Positions 1-9,293 of a stretch of 32,000 nt of DNA are shown here, one piece after another (within the stretch, counting starts at the first letter, position 1; the number at the start of each line of letters is the position of its first letter). The translations under genes were made by a program, and so were the position numbers. Under the pieces are notes generated by a model, which did no database searches, was not told the origin of the DNA, and was given only the letters and a program-made list of their open reading frames with translations. Origin of the DNA: Kineococcus radiotolerans SRS30216 = ATCC BAA-149 (GTDB lineage: Bacteria; Actinomycetota; Actinomycetes; Actinomycetales; Kineococcaceae); NCBI RefSeq assembly GCF_000017305.1, contig NC_009664.2:750001-782000 (forward strand), read 5' to 3'.

Positions 1-2203
1 AAGCCTCCTCCGCGACGACGGGGACGAGGGACAGCTTGCCCCGCGGGTCGATCTCGGCGATCTCGACCTGGACCTTCTGGCCCACCGCGACGACGTCCTC
101 GACGTTGTCCACGCGCTTGCCGCCGGAGAGCTTGCGCAGCTGCGAGATGTGCAGCAGGCCGTCCTTGCCGGGCATGAGCGAGACGAACGCGCCGAAGGTC
201 GTCGTCTTCACGACGGTGCCGAGGTAGCGCTCGCCGACCTCGGGCATCGTCGGGTTGGCGATGGCGTTGACCGCTGCGCGGGCCGCCTCCGCCGAGGGGC
301 CGTCGACGGCCCCGATGAACACCGTGCCGTCGTCCTCGATGGAGATGTCGGCGCCGGTGTCCTCCTGGATCTGGTTGATCATCTTGCCCTTGGGCCCGAT
401 GACCTCGCCGATCTTGTCCACGGGGACCTTCACGGTGATGATCCGCGGCGCGGTCGGCGACATCTCGTCCGGGGCGTCGATGGCCTCGGCCATGACGTCG
501 AGGATGTGCAGGCGCGCGTCGCGGGCCTGGGTCAGCGCACCGGCCAGCACCGAGGCGGGGATGCCGTCGAGCTTGGTGTCGAGCTGGATGGCGGTGACGA
601 ACTCCTTGGTCCCGGCGACCTTGAAGTCCATGTCGCCGAAGGCGTCCTCGGCCCCGAGGATGTCGGTCAGCGCCGCGTAGCGGGTCTCGCCGTCGACGGT
701 GTCGGAGATGAGGCCCATGGCGATGCCGGCCACGGCCGCGCGCAGCGGGACACCGGCGTTGAGCAGCGACAGCGTCGAGGCGCAGACCGAGCCCATCGAG
801 GTGGAGCCGTTGGAGCCCAGCGCCTCGGAGACCTGGCGGATCGCGTAGGGGAAGTCCTCGCGGGCCGGCAGCACCGGCACCAGGGCGCGCTCGGCGAGGG
901 CGCCGTGGCCGATCTCGCGGCGCTTGGGCGAGCCCACGCGGCCGGTCTCGCCGGTGGAGTACGGCGGGAAGTTGTAGTTGTGCATGTAGCGCTTGCGCGT
1001 CACCGGGGACAGCGTGTCCAGCTGCTGCTCCATGCGGAGCATGTTCAGCGTGGTGACGCCCAGGATCTGGGTCTCGCCGCGCTCGAAGAGGGCCGAGCCG
1101 TGCACGCGGGGCAGGACCTCGACCTCGGCGGACAGCGTCCGGATGTCGGCCAGGCCGCGGCCGTCGATGCGGACCCCGTCCTTGAGGACGCGCTGGCGGA
1201 TCAGCGCCTTCTGCACCGAGCGGTAGGCCGCGGAGACCTCCTTCTCGCGACCGGCGAACGCGTCGGCGAGCTGGGCCTTGACGGCCTCCTTGACCTCGTC
1301 GATCCGCGTCTCACGGTCCTGCTTGCCGCCGATCTGCAGCGCGGCGGTGAGGTCGGCCGAGGCCGCCTCGAACACGGCCTGGTAGACGTCGTCCTGGTAG
1401 TCCGGGAACGTCGGGAAGGCGGCCGTGGGCTTGGCGGCGGTGGCGGCCACCTCGGCCTGCGCGCGCACCAGCTCCGCGATGAAGGGCTTGGCGGCCTCGA
1501 GGCCGGCGGCCACGACCTCCTCGGTGGGGGCGGTCGCGCCCTGGTCCTTGATGAGGTTCCAGGAGCCCTCGGTCGCCTCGGCCTCGACCATCATGATCGC
1601 GACGTCCTGCGAGCCGTCGGCGGTGGTCACGACGCGGCCGGCGACGACCATGTCGAAGACGGCGCGCTCGAGCTCGGAGTAGCGCGGGAAGGCGACCCAC
1701 TGGCCGTCGATGAGGGCGATGCGCACCCCGCCGATGGGGCCGGAGAACGGCAGGCCCGAGAGCTGGGTGGAGAGGGACGCGACGTTGATGGCCACGACGT
1801 CGTAGGCGTCGTCGGGGTGCAGGGCCATGACGGAGACGACGACCTGGACCTCGTTGCGCAGGCCCTTGACGAAGCTGGGGCGCAGGGGGCGGTCGATGAG
1901 GCGGCAGGTCAGGATCGCCTCGGTCGAGGGGCGGCCCTCGCGGCGGAAGAACGAGCCGGGGATCTTGCCGGCGGCGTAGCTGCGCTCCTCGACGTCCACC
2001 GTCAGGGGGAAGAAGTCGAACTGGTCCTTCGGGGACTTGCCGGCGGTGGTCGCGCTCAGCAGGAAGGACTCGCCGTCGAGGTAGACCGCGGCGGACCCGG
2101 CGGCCTGCTTGGCGAGGCGCCCGGTCTCGAAGCGGATGGTGCGGGTGCCGAACGAGCCGTTGTCGATGACGGCTTCGGCGGCGGTGATCTCAGGACCCTC
2201 CAA
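1..2203 (-). CDS. pnp: Polynucleotide phosphorylase / polyribonucleotide nucleotidyltransferase; C-terminus runs off the left window edge
   Basis: Minus-strand translation starts at TTG (complement of 2201-2203), with a GGAGGAG Shine-Dalgarno as the complement of 2211-2217. It reads [34 protein letters not shown]. At the window edge it reads an S1-domain sequence, [72 protein letters not shown]. It is absent from the ORF track because no stop lies in the window. It follows rpsO as in the conserved rpsO-pnp pair. Confidence 0.95.
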   Translation of the reverse strand, partial: MEGPEITAAEAVIDNGSFGTRTIRFETGRLAKQAAGSAAVYLDGESFLLSATTAGKSPKDQFDFFPLTVDVEERSYAAGKIPGSFFRREGRPSTEAILTCRLIDRPLRPSFVKGLRNEVQVVVSVMALHPDDAYDVVAINVASLSTQLSGLPFSGPIGGVRIALIDGQWVAFPRYSELERAVFDMVVAGRVVTTADGSQDVAIMMVEAEATEGSWNLIKDQGATAPTEEVVAAGLEAAKPFIAELVRAQAEVAATAAKPTAAFPTFPDYQDDVYQAVFEAASADLTAALQIGGKQDRETRIDEVKEAVKAQLADAFAGREKEVSAAYRSVQKALIRQRVLKDGVRIDGRGLADIRTLSAEVEVLPRVHGSALFERGETQILGVTTLNMLRMEQQLDTLSPVTRKRYMHNYNFPPYSTGETGRVGSPKRREIGHGALAERALVPVLPAREDFPYAIRQVSEALGSNGSTSMGSVCASTLSLLNAGVPLRAAVAGIAMGLISDTVDGETRYAALTDILGAEDAFGDMDFKVAGTKEFVTAIQLDTKLDGIPASVLAGALTQARDARLHILDVMAEAIDAPDEMSPTAPRIITVKVPVDKIGEVIGPKGKMINQIQEDTGADISIEDDGTVFIGAVDGPSAEAARAAVNAIANPTMPEVGERYLGTVVKTTTFGAFVSLMPGKDGLLHISQLRKLSGGKRVDNVEDVVAVGQKVQVEIAEIDPRGKLSLVPVVAEEA

Positions 2204-2395
2204 GGGGTTCCTCCTCCGGTGTGCGCGGCACCCGCGCGCCCCGGCCTTCGATCGAGGCCCACGGAAGCTGGTGGTCGTGCTGCTTCCGGAGGCCACTACC
2301 GAGGACCGGTCGACGCTGCGCGGTGCCGCTGGGTGTGCGTGTGCTCCTGGGTCGTGCACTCAGGAGTCTGCCGCGAGTGCGGCGGGAATGCGCAA

Positions 2396-2428
2396 CAGGG
2401 GTGGACCCGAGTGTCGGGACCACCCCTG
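2396..2428 (-). terminator. Hairpin just downstream of rpsO, inside the 245-nt rpsO-pnp intergenic leader; candidate terminator, attenuator or RNase III target
   Basis: CAGGGGTGG-A-CCCGA gtg TCGGG-A-CCACCCCTG forms a 14-bp interrupted stem with one A/A mismatch. On the minus strand it is followed by TTGCGCATT, a weak U tract. Confidence 0.5.
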
Positions 2429-2448
2429 CTGTCAGGCCCCTGACGAGG

Positions 2449-2718
2449 TCAGCGGCGGATGCCGAGCCGCTCGATGATCGAGCGGTAGCGGTTGATGTCC
2501 TTCTTGGCCATGTACTTCAGCAGGTTGCGGCGCTGACCGACCAGCAGCAGCAGACCACGACGGCTGTGGTGGTCGTGCTGGTGCGTCTTGAGGTGCTCGG
2601 TCAGGTCGCGGATGCGCTGCGTCAGCATCGCCACCTGGACCTCCGGCGAGCCGGTGTCACCCTCGCTGGTGGCGTACTCGGCCATGATGCTCTTCTTCAC
2701 TGCGGCGTCGAGGGGCAC
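2449..2718 (-). CDS. rpsO: 30S ribosomal protein S15
   Basis: The product reads [90 protein letters not shown] trimmed the ORF-track start (2751) to the GTG at 2718, which follows an AAGGAGAG Shine-Dalgarno and gives the canonical 89 aa. Confidence 0.95.
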   Translation of the reverse strand: MPLDAAVKKSIMAEYATSEGDTGSPEVQVAMLTQRIRDLTEHLKTHQHDHHSRRGLLLLVGQRRNLLKYMAKKDINRYRSIIERLGIRR

Positions 2719-2818
2719 TCGTCTCTCCTTGCACTCGTTGCGCGGTGCCACGGGGCTCGTCCACCCGGGCTCTCTGGATCCGCGGCCGATCGAACGGCAG
2801 GCTCCAGACTAGCAGCGG

Positions 2819-3796
2819 TCAGGATCCGTCCCCGCCGAGCAGGATCCGCCGGCAGGCGGCGACGTCGCGCTCCATCTGCTCCACCAGCGCCTCCACGCCG
2901 TCGAAGCGCAGCGTGGGGCGCAGGCGGGCGACGAGGTCGAGGTCGACGCGCTCGCCGTAGAGGTCCAGCCCGCGCTGCTCCAGACCGGGCTGGGGCAGGC
3001 AGTACGCCTCCACCTGCCGGTGGAGGCCGTCGAAGGTGGGGTTGGTGCCGATGGAGACCGCGGCCGCCAGCCGCTGCCCCGAGGGGCGGGTCAGCCAGCC
3101 CGCGTAGACCCCGTCGGCGGGGACGAGGCCGTCGGCGCGGTCGGTGTCGAGGTTCGCCGTCGGGTACCCCAGCTCGCGGCCGCGGTGGTCGCCGTGCACG
3201 ACGGTGGAGGTGATCCGGTGCGGGTGGCCCAGCACCGCCGCCGCCCGCGCCACGTCGCCCTCGGCCAGGGCCGCGCGCACCGCCGTGGACGACCAGCGCG
3301 GGGAGCCGGCGCGGTTCCCCGGGTCCCCGAGGTCCTCCAGCACGACGACCTCGAAGCCGAAGCGCTCCCCCAGCCCCTGCATCGTGGTGAGGTCGCCGGA
3401 GTTGCCCGCCCCGAAGCGCACGTCGTGACCCACCACCACGACGGCCGCGCGCAGCGCGCCGACGAAGACGTCCTCGACGAAGCGCTCGGGGCTCCAGCCC
3501 GCGAGCTCCCGGGTGAAGGGCAGCACGAGGACGGCGTCCAGACCGGTCGCGGCCACCAGGTCGAGCCGGCGGTCCAGGCCCGTGAGCAGGCCGGGGGCGC
3601 GCTCGGGGTCGAGCACCTGCAGCGGGTGCGGGTCGAAGGTGACCGCCACCGAGCGCAGGCCCCGCCCGCGGGCGAGCCCGACGACCTCCCCGAGCACGGC
3701 GGCGTGGCCGCGGTGGACGCCGTCGAAGTTGCCGATGGTGACCACCGACGGGCCGAACCCGGGTCCGACGTCTGAGAGGCCATCCCACCGCTGCAC
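2819..3796 (-). CDS. ribF: Bifunctional riboflavin kinase / FMN adenylyltransferase
   Basis: Motifs present are VVTIGNFDGVHRGH (FAD synthetase), RELGYPTANL and SIGTNPTFDG (riboflavin kinase). I trimmed the ORF-track start (3949) to the GTG at 3796 (VQRWDGLSDV...), giving 325 aa. The longer form would overlap the divergent pgi start. Confidence 0.9.
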   Translation of the reverse strand: MQRWDGLSDVGPGFGPSVVTIGNFDGVHRGHAAVLGEVVGLARGRGLRSVAVTFDPHPLQVLDPERAPGLLTGLDRRLDLVAATGLDAVLVLPFTRELAGWSPERFVEDVFVGALRAAVVVVGHDVRFGAGNSGDLTTMQGLGERFGFEVVVLEDLGDPGNRAGSPRWSSTAVRAALAEGDVARAAAVLGHPHRITSTVVHGDHRGRELGYPTANLDTDRADGLVPADGVYAGWLTRPSGQRLAAAVSIGTNPTFDGLHRQVEAYCLPQPGLEQRGLDLYGERVDLDLVARLRPTLRFDGVEALVEQMERDVAACRRILLGGDGS

Positions 3797-3889
3797 GCGA
3801 ACACTGTGCCAGCAGCCGGTCGCGCGACCCGCACGCGGGCTGGCTAGCGTCTCTCCCCGAGAGCAGTCGCCGGAACGCTGGAGGACGAG

Positions 3890-5575
3890 ATGAACGCAGG
3901 ACCCGTCGACCCGACCACCACCGCCGCGTGGTCGTCGCTGAGCGAGCACCGCTCGGCGACCACCCCGGACCTGCGCGGCTGGTTCGCCGCCGACCCCGCC
4001 CGCGCGCGGGACCTAACCCTCGACGTGGCCGACCTGCACGTGGACCTGTCCAAGAACCTCGTCACCGCCGACACCGTCGCCCTGCTGCTGCAGCTGGCCG
4101 AGCAGACCGGCGTCCTGGCCCGCCGCGACGCCATGCTCGCCGGCGAGCACGTCAACGTCACCGAGGACCGCGCCGTGCTGCACACCGCGCTGCGCCGCCC
4201 CGCCGGGGCCTCCCCCGCCCTGGAGGTCGACGGGCAGGACGTCGACGGCGACGTCCAGGCCGAGCTGGCCAAGGTGTTCACCTTCGCCGACGCCGTCCGC
4301 TCCGGGGAGTGGAGGGGCGTCACCGGCAAGGCCATCACCACGGTCGTGAACATCGGCATCGGCGGCTCCGACCTTGGCCCGGTCATGGCCTACGAGGCGC
4401 TCAAGCCGTCCGTGCGCGCCGGGCTGGAGTGCCGCTTCGTCTCCAACATCGACCCCACCGACGTGGCCGAGACGACGAAGGACCTCGACCCGGAGACGAC
4501 GCTGTTCATCGTCGCCTCCAAGACCTTCGGGACGCTGGAGACGCTGACCAACGCCCGGCTGGCGCGGGCCTGGCTGTGGCGGGGGCTGGCCGCGGCGGGC
4601 GTGCTCGCCGACTCCGACGAGGCCCGCCAGGAGGCCGTGGCCAAGCACTTCGTCGCGGTGTCCACCGCGCTGGACAAGGTCGCGGCCTTCGGGATCGACC
4701 CGGCCAACGCGTTCGGCTTCTGGGACTGGGTGGGCGGGCGCTACTCCGTCGACTCCGCCATCGGCACCTCGCTGGCCGTCGCGATCGGGCCGGAGGCCTT
4801 CCGCGAGTTCCTGGCCGGCTTCCACGCCGTCGACGAGCACTTCCGCACCACCGCCCCCGAGCGCAACGTGCCGCTGCTCATGGGCCTGCTCAACGTCTGG
4901 TACGTGAACTTCCTGGACGCCCACACCCACGCGGTCCTGCCGTACTCGCAGTACCTGCACCGGTTCCCGGCGTACCTGCAGCAGCTCACGATGGAGTCGA
5001 ACGGCAAGTCCGTCCGCTACGACGGCGAGCCCGTCACCACCCACACCGGCGAGGTGTTCTGGGGAGAGCCCGGCACCAACGGCCAGCACGCGTTCTACCA
5101 GCTGATCCACCAGGGCACCCGGATCGTCCCCAGCGACTTCATCGCCTTCGCCACCCCGGCCCACCCCCTCGTGGACGGCGACGCGGACGTGCACGCGCTG
5201 TTCATGGCGAACTTCTTCGCCCAGACCAAGGCGCTGGCCTTCGGCAAGACCGCCGAGGAGGTGCGCGCCGAGGGGACGGCCGAGGACGTGGTGGCGGCGC
5301 GGGTGTTCTCCGGCAACCGCCCGACGACCTCGATCATGGCCCCGTCGCTGACCCCCGCGGTGCTCGGGCAGCTCATCGCCCTCTACGAGCACGTCACCTT
5401 CGTCGAGGGCGCGGTCTGGGGCATCGACAGCTTCGACCAGTGGGGCGTGGAGCTGGGCAAGAAGCTGGCGCTGGAGATCGCGCCCGCCCTCACCGGGGAC
5501 ACCGCCGCGCTGGAGGCCCAGGACCCCTCGACGGGGGCGCTCATCCGGTACTACCTGGAGCACCGCCGCGACTGA
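3890..5575 (+). CDS. pgi: Glucose-6-phosphate isomerase
   Basis: 561 aa with [48 protein letters not shown] and [17 protein letters not shown] Shine-Dalgarno lies 5 nt upstream of the ATG. Confidence 0.95.
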   Translation: MNAGPVDPTTTAAWSSLSEHRSATTPDLRGWFAADPARARDLTLDVADLHVDLSKNLVTADTVALLLQLAEQTGVLARRDAMLAGEHVNVTEDRAVLHTALRRPAGASPALEVDGQDVDGDVQAELAKVFTFADAVRSGEWRGVTGKAITTVVNIGIGGSDLGPVMAYEALKPSVRAGLECRFVSNIDPTDVAETTKDLDPETTLFIVASKTFGTLETLTNARLARAWLWRGLAAAGVLADSDEARQEAVAKHFVAVSTALDKVAAFGIDPANAFGFWDWVGGRYSVDSAIGTSLAVAIGPEAFREFLAGFHAVDEHFRTTAPERNVPLLMGLLNVWYVNFLDAHTHAVLPYSQYLHRFPAYLQQLTMESNGKSVRYDGEPVTTHTGEVFWGEPGTNGQHAFYQLIHQGTRIVPSDFIAFATPAHPLVDGDADVHALFMANFFAQTKALAFGKTAEEVRAEGTAEDVVAARVFSGNRPTTSIMAPSLTPAVLGQLIALYEHVTFVEGAVWGIDSFDQWGVELGKKLALEIAPALTGDTAALEAQDPSTGALIRYYLEHRRD

Positions 5576-5582
5576 CGCGCCG

Positions 5583-5616
5583 CACCGCCGGGTGAGGGTG
5601 ACCTCACCCGGCGGTG
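5583..5616 (+). terminator. Intrinsic-terminator-like hairpin after pgi
   Basis: Perfect 15-bp stem CACCGCCGGGTGAGG / CCTCACCCGGCGGTG with a GTGA loop. It starts 8 nt after the pgi stop and is followed by TTACGTT. Confidence 0.75.
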
Positions 5617-5629
5617 TTACGTTGCGCGC

Positions 5630-5776
5630 GTGAGCAAGAAGCGGGACCTGCCGAAGTCCAAGTGCTGCGAGTCGAAGGACAGGTGCCGGCGCTGCCCCCT
5701 CCGGATGCTCAAGGAGGGCACGCTGCCCGCCGGGTACACCGTGCAGAAGCGCCGGCTGGTCAAGCTCGGGAAGTAG
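5630..5776 (+). CDS. Small (48 aa) basic Cys-rich protein, unknown function, possibly leaderless
   Basis: GTG-start ORF reading VSKKRDLPKSKCCESKDRCRRCPLRMLKEGTLPAGYTVQKRRLVKLGK. Every third codon position is G or C. It is rich in Lys, which is costly in high-GC DNA and argues for selection. There is no Shine-Dalgarno. A TANNNT hexamer TACGTT lies at 5618-5623, 6 nt before the GTG. The ORF-track entry 5614..5823 is a different, Arg/Ala-rich frame. Confidence 0.6.
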   Translation: MSKKRDLPKSKCCESKDRCRRCPLRMLKEGTLPAGYTVQKRRLVKLGK

Positions 5777-5779
5777 CGC

Positions 5780-6736
5780 TCAGCGCCGGCGGAGCAGCCG
5801 GCGCGCGAGGTGCACGTCGGTGACGACGGAGTTCAGCAACCCCGACGTGAGGATCGCGTGGACCGCGGTCGTCTTCCCCCGTCCGCCCCCGACCCCGATC
5901 ACGTCGGGGACCGCCCGCAGCTGGGCCTCGCTGATGGCGACGCGCCGCGCGTCGAGGCCGAGCACCCGGCGCCCCTCGGCGTCGAGGAGCAGGGCTCCCG
6001 TCTCGCCGACGACACCGCTGGCGGCGAAGCGCGCGGTCTCCTCGTCCCCGATGAGGGCGGGGATCTGGGACAGCTCGTGCGACCAGGCGCCGATGGCGAC
6101 GACGGCCTTGGTGACCCGCGCGTAGGCGGCGAAGGTGGAGCGGAAGGCGCGGTGGGAGCGCATCGCCTCGGCGGTGCGGGAGTCGGCGACCACGATGGGC
6201 GCGAACAGCGAGAAGACGCGCCCGCCGCTGGCCTCGCTGACGACGCGGGTGATGTCGGTGGCGGTGTCCCCCAGCGCGCCGCCCATCCCGGTGATCTGGA
6301 CGACGTCGCAGCCGGCGATCCCGCCGAGGTGCCCCGTCATCTCCCGCAGCGTCCGGCCGCAGTCGATCCCGAGCACGTCGTCGCCGGTGACGACCTCCCG
6401 CAGCAGCTCCCCCGCGACCTGGCCCAGGGGCCCGCGCACGCGGGTCTCGTCCGCGGCCTGCACCGCGAGCGCGCGTCGCAGCCCGTAGCGCAGCCGCAGC
6501 TCCTCGGAGAGCTCGTAGTCGATCCCGGCCGGGGCCCGGACCTCGATCCGCACGATGCCGGCCTCGCGGGCGGCCTGCAGGATGCGCCCGACCTTGAACC
6601 GGGACAACCCGCGCTCGTTGCCGATGTCGACGCGCGACACCCCGTCGACGTAGTGCCGTCGGGCGATGGCGACGAGTTCGGTCAGTTCCTCGGGTCCCAC
6701 CCGCTCATCCGAGCAGACGCGAGCGCACGAGTGCAC
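5780..6736 (-). CDS. SorC/DeoR-type sugar-binding transcriptional regulator
   Basis: N-terminal helix-turn-helix (GLSRFKVGRILQAAREAGIVRIEV) followed by a SorC-type effector domain (VLGIDCGRTL, VVQITGMGG, VIGVGGGRGKTTAVHAILTSGLLNSVVTD). An alternative GTG start lies at 6700. The gene is divergent from the polyol-type operon. Confidence 0.85.
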   Translation of the reverse strand: MHSCARVCSDERVGPEELTELVAIARRHYVDGVSRVDIGNERGLSRFKVGRILQAAREAGIVRIEVRAPAGIDYELSEELRLRYGLRRALAVQAADETRVRGPLGQVAGELLREVVTGDDVLGIDCGRTLREMTGHLGGIAGCDVVQITGMGGALGDTATDITRVVSEASGGRVFSLFAPIVVADSRTAEAMRSHRAFRSTFAAYARVTKAVVAIGAWSHELSQIPALIGDEETARFAASGVVGETGALLLDAEGRRVLGLDARRVAISEAQLRAVPDVIGVGGGRGKTTAVHAILTSGLLNSVVTDVHLARRLLRRR

Positions 6737-6742
6737 AGGCGT

Positions 6743-6756
6743 TGCTCATGTGAGCA
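6743..6756. promoter_or_regulatory. Perfect 14-bp palindrome in the divergent regulator/operon intergenic region; candidate SorC operator
   Basis: TGCTCATGTGAGCA lies 7 bp upstream of the longest regulator start. A TTGACC hexamer follows at 6763-6768. Its right half, GTGAGCAGC, recurs at 7699-7707 in the next intergenic gap of the same operon. Confidence 0.4.
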
Positions 6757-6909
6757 GCCGTGTTGACCGCCTGAGCGGCCGGTCGCAGGATCCCGGTGCG
6801 GAAGGCCGGTTCGCGACGGAGCGGGAGCAGGCCGACGCGCGCACCGTCCGGGACGCCCCGAGCCCCGGCCCCCCCGCGGACCACCGCACCCCTGGAACGG
6901 AGAACGACC

Positions 6910-7677
6910 GTGACCACCACCGAACCCGCCGACGCCGACGTCGACCTGTCGTTCCGCCTCGACGGCCGCACCGCCCTCATCACCGGCGCCGCCTCCGGCA
7001 TCGGCAGCGCCATCGCCGGGGCCTTCGCCGCGGCCGGGGCCCGGGTCGTGGCCGTCGACCTGGACGGCGAGGCGGCCCGGGCCCGGGCCGCCGAGCTCGG
7101 GGACGGGCACGTCGGCCTCACCGGGAACGTCGCCGACCCGGGCTCCGTGGCGGAGTTCGCGGCGGCCGCCGGCCCGGTCGACGTGCTGGTGACCTGCGCG
7201 GGCATCGTCGACCTCGCCCCGGCCGAGGACCTCGACCCGGCCGTGTTCGTCCGCACCCTGTCGATCAACCTCACCGGCACGTTCCTCACCGCCCAGGCCG
7301 TCGGGCGCGGGATGCTCGAACGCGGCCGCGGGAAGGTCATCACGATGGCCTCGCAGGCCGCCACGGTGGCCCTCGACGGGCACGCCGCCTACTGCGCCTC
7401 CAAGGCCGGTGTCGTGGGCCTGACCAAGGTGCTGGCCTCGGAGTGGGCCGGGCGCGGGGTCACCGCGAACTCCATCTCCCCCACCGTCGTGCTCACCGAG
7501 CTCGGCCGCAAGGCGTGGGACGGCCCCAAGGGCGAGGCGGCCAAGGCCGCGATCCCCACCGGCCGCTTCGCCCTGCCCCGCGAGATCGCCGGGGCGGCGC
7601 TGTTCCTCGCCTCGGGCGCCTCCGACATGGTCAACGGCGCCGACCTCGTCGTCGACGGCGGCTACACGATCCGCTGA
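6910..7677 (+). CDS. SDR-family oxidoreductase, resembling L-xylulose reductase (DCXR) or DthD/GolD-type polyol dehydrogenases
   Basis: 255 aa with TGAASGIGSAIA (TGxxxGxG), YCASKAG (YxxxK) and NSISPTVVLTELG, ending [12 protein letters not shown] trimmed the ORF-track start (6796) to the GTG at 6910, preceded by GGAACGGAGAA. Confidence 0.85.
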   Translation: MTTTEPADADVDLSFRLDGRTALITGAASGIGSAIAGAFAAAGARVVAVDLDGEAARARAAELGDGHVGLTGNVADPGSVAEFAAAAGPVDVLVTCAGIVDLAPAEDLDPAVFVRTLSINLTGTFLTAQAVGRGMLERGRGKVITMASQAATVALDGHAAYCASKAGVVGLTKVLASEWAGRGVTANSISPTVVLTELGRKAWDGPKGEAAKAAIPTGRFALPREIAGAALFLASGASDMVNGADLVVDGGYTIR

Positions 7678-7745
7678 ACGGAACCCCCGATGAACCCCGT
7701 GAGCAGCACCCTCCCGCAGGTCCCCGCGGCGCACCGGAGGACGTG

Positions 7746-9293
7746 GTGAGCCCCGTGACCACCGGCACCGTCCTGGAGTGCCGGGACCTGCGCAAGTCCT
7801 TCGGCGGCGTCCCCGTCCTGCGGGGCGTCTCCCTCGCCCTGGAACCCGGCACGGTCACCGCGCTGGCCGGGGAGAACGGCGCCGGCAAGTCGACGATGAT
7901 GAAGATCGCCGCCGGCCAGTACCGCGCGGACGAGGGTTCGGTCCTCGTCCGGGGGGAGGAGCTGTCCGCCGGCAGCATCCGCGACTCCCACCGCCTCGGC
8001 GTGGCCATCGTCCCGCAGGAACTGGCCTCCATCGCCCACATGACGGTCTACGAGAACCTCTTCGTGGGCCGCGAGCTGACGACGCGGCTGGGCACCCTGG
8101 ACCGGCGCCGGATGGCCTCGGAGTCGGCGCAGCTGCTGGAGGTGTTCGGGGTCGCCATCGACCCCGGCGCCCGGATGGGCACCCTGCCGGTGGGCCTGCA
8201 GCAGATCGTCGAGATCGTCAAGAACTCCAGCCGCGGCGCGCAGGTCGTCCTGCTCGACGAACCCAGTTCGGCCATCTCCGAGCGCGAGGTGGAGGGCCTC
8301 TACCGGGTCGTGCGGCAACTGCGCGACTCCGGGGTGGCCATCGTGTTCACCACGCACAAGATGGCCGAGATCCGCGACCTCGCCGACCGCGTCGTCGTGC
8401 TGCGCGACGGCGGGCTCGTCCTCGACGAGGCCATGGCCGACGTCTCCGACGACGACATCGTCACCGCGATGATCGGCCGCGAGCTGGAGGACCTCTTCCC
8501 GCCCCTGCACACCGTGCCCACCGACGCCGAGCAGGTGCTGCAGGTCCGCGACCTCGCCGTCGCGGGCCAGGGCGGCACCGTGAGCCTGGAGGTGCGCCGC
8601 GGGGAGATCCTCGGGCTCGCCGGGCTCGTCGGCGCGGGCCGCACCGAACTGCTGGAGGGGATCTTCGGGGTCCGGGCCACTACCGCCGGGCACGTCAGCG
8701 TCGCCGGGCGCGAGGTGAAGCGCAGGAGCCCCGCCGCCGCGATCACCGCGGGCATGGCGCTGGTCCCCGAGGACCGCAAGCACGCCGGCGCCGTCATGGG
8801 GCTCTCGGTGCTGGACAACGGGACCCTGCCCCGGCTCGCGAAGTTCTCCGTCGCGGGCTGGCTCCGGGGCGCCTCCCGCAGCCGCGCCGTCGGCGAGGCC
8901 ATGGACTCCGTCCGGCTGCGCAGCCGCGGCCTCTCCCAGGACGTCGGCACCCTCTCCGGCGGGAACCAGCAGAAGGTCGTGCTGGCCCGCTGGCTCACCG
9001 AGCACGTCGACGTCCTGCTGCTGGACGAACCGACCCGCGGCGTCGACGTCGGCGCCCGCTCGGAGATCTACCGCATCATCTCCGAGCTCGCCGCGGCCGG
9101 CATGGCCGTCGTCATGGCGTCCTCGGACATGACCGAGGTGCTGGGGCTGTCCCACCGCGCGCTCGTCCTGCGCGACGGCGGGGTCGCCGCGGAACTCACC
9201 CGCGACCAGCTCGACTCCCCCGACGTCCAGGAACTCATCTTCCGGCTCAGTTCCGGTCTCGCTCCCCGTGACGACACGAAGGACCCCCGATGA
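7746..9293 (+). CDS. Sugar ABC transporter ATP-binding protein, RbsA-like with two ABC domains
   Basis: GENGAGKST Walker A, a second-domain signature LSGGNQQKVVLARWL and LLLDEPTRGVD Walker B. Candidate GTG starts lie at 7743, 7746 and 7755, after GGAGG at 7736-7740. The ORF-track entry 6666..9293 is an artificial upstream extension. Confidence 0.9.
   Translation: MSPVTTGTVLECRDLRKSFGGVPVLRGVSLALEPGTVTALAGENGAGKSTMMKIAAGQYRADEGSVLVRGEELSAGSIRDSHRLGVAIVPQELASIAHMTVYENLFVGRELTTRLGTLDRRRMASESAQLLEVFGVAIDPGARMGTLPVGLQQIVEIVKNSSRGAQVVLLDEPSSAISEREVEGLYRVVRQLRDSGVAIVFTTHKMAEIRDLADRVVVLRDGGLVLDEAMADVSDDDIVTAMIGRELEDLFPPLHTVPTDAEQVLQVRDLAVAGQGGTVSLEVRRGEILGLAGLVGAGRTELLEGIFGVRATTAGHVSVAGREVKRRSPAAAITAGMALVPEDRKHAGAVMGLSVLDNGTLPRLAKFSVAGWLRGASRSRAVGEAMDSVRLRSRGLSQDVGTLSGGNQQKVVLARWLTEHVDVLLLDEPTRGVDVGARSEIYRIISELAAAGMAVVMASSDMTEVLGLSHRALVLRDGGVAAELTRDQLDSPDVQELIFRLSSGLAPRDDTKDPR

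Noticed and set aside
149-2443. 764-aa plus-strand ORF covering the pnp region
   Set aside because: It is antisense to an unmistakable PNPase reading frame. The product is dominated by Gly, Asp, Arg, Ala and Leu with no recognisable motif. Long stop-free antisense frames are expected at this GC content.
2221-3834. Several overlapping Arg/Pro/Gly-rich ORFs around ribF (2221..3213 +, 2697..3788 -, 3091..3834 -, 3020..3775 +)
   Set aside because: These are off-frame or antisense to ribF, whose frame alone carries the FAD synthetase and riboflavin kinase motifs. Their composition is typical of wrong-frame translation.
3928-5595. 555-aa plus-strand ORF (+1 frame relative to pgi) and 516-aa antisense ORF 4013..5563
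   Set aside because: The pgi frame (3890..5575) contains all the isomerase motifs. The alternatives are Arg/Pro/Gly-rich artefacts.
5614-5823. 69-aa ORF-track entry overlapping the microprotein locus
   Set aside because: It is a different frame with Ala/Arg/Gly-rich nonsense that runs into the convergent SorC gene. The 5630..5776 frame has saturated GC3 and a plausible promoter, so I preferred it.
6666-7745. Long N-terminal extensions in the ORF track, e.g. 6666..9293 (875 aa), 9921..11447, 11719..13296, 12384..14078, 15889..18138, 20242..21456, 29305..30699, 29735..31165
   Set aside because: The extensions overlap the upstream genes in another frame, are Arg/Pro/Gly-rich, and precede internal starts that have Shine-Dalgarno sequences and canonical protein N-termini. 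I trimmed these genes to those internal starts.
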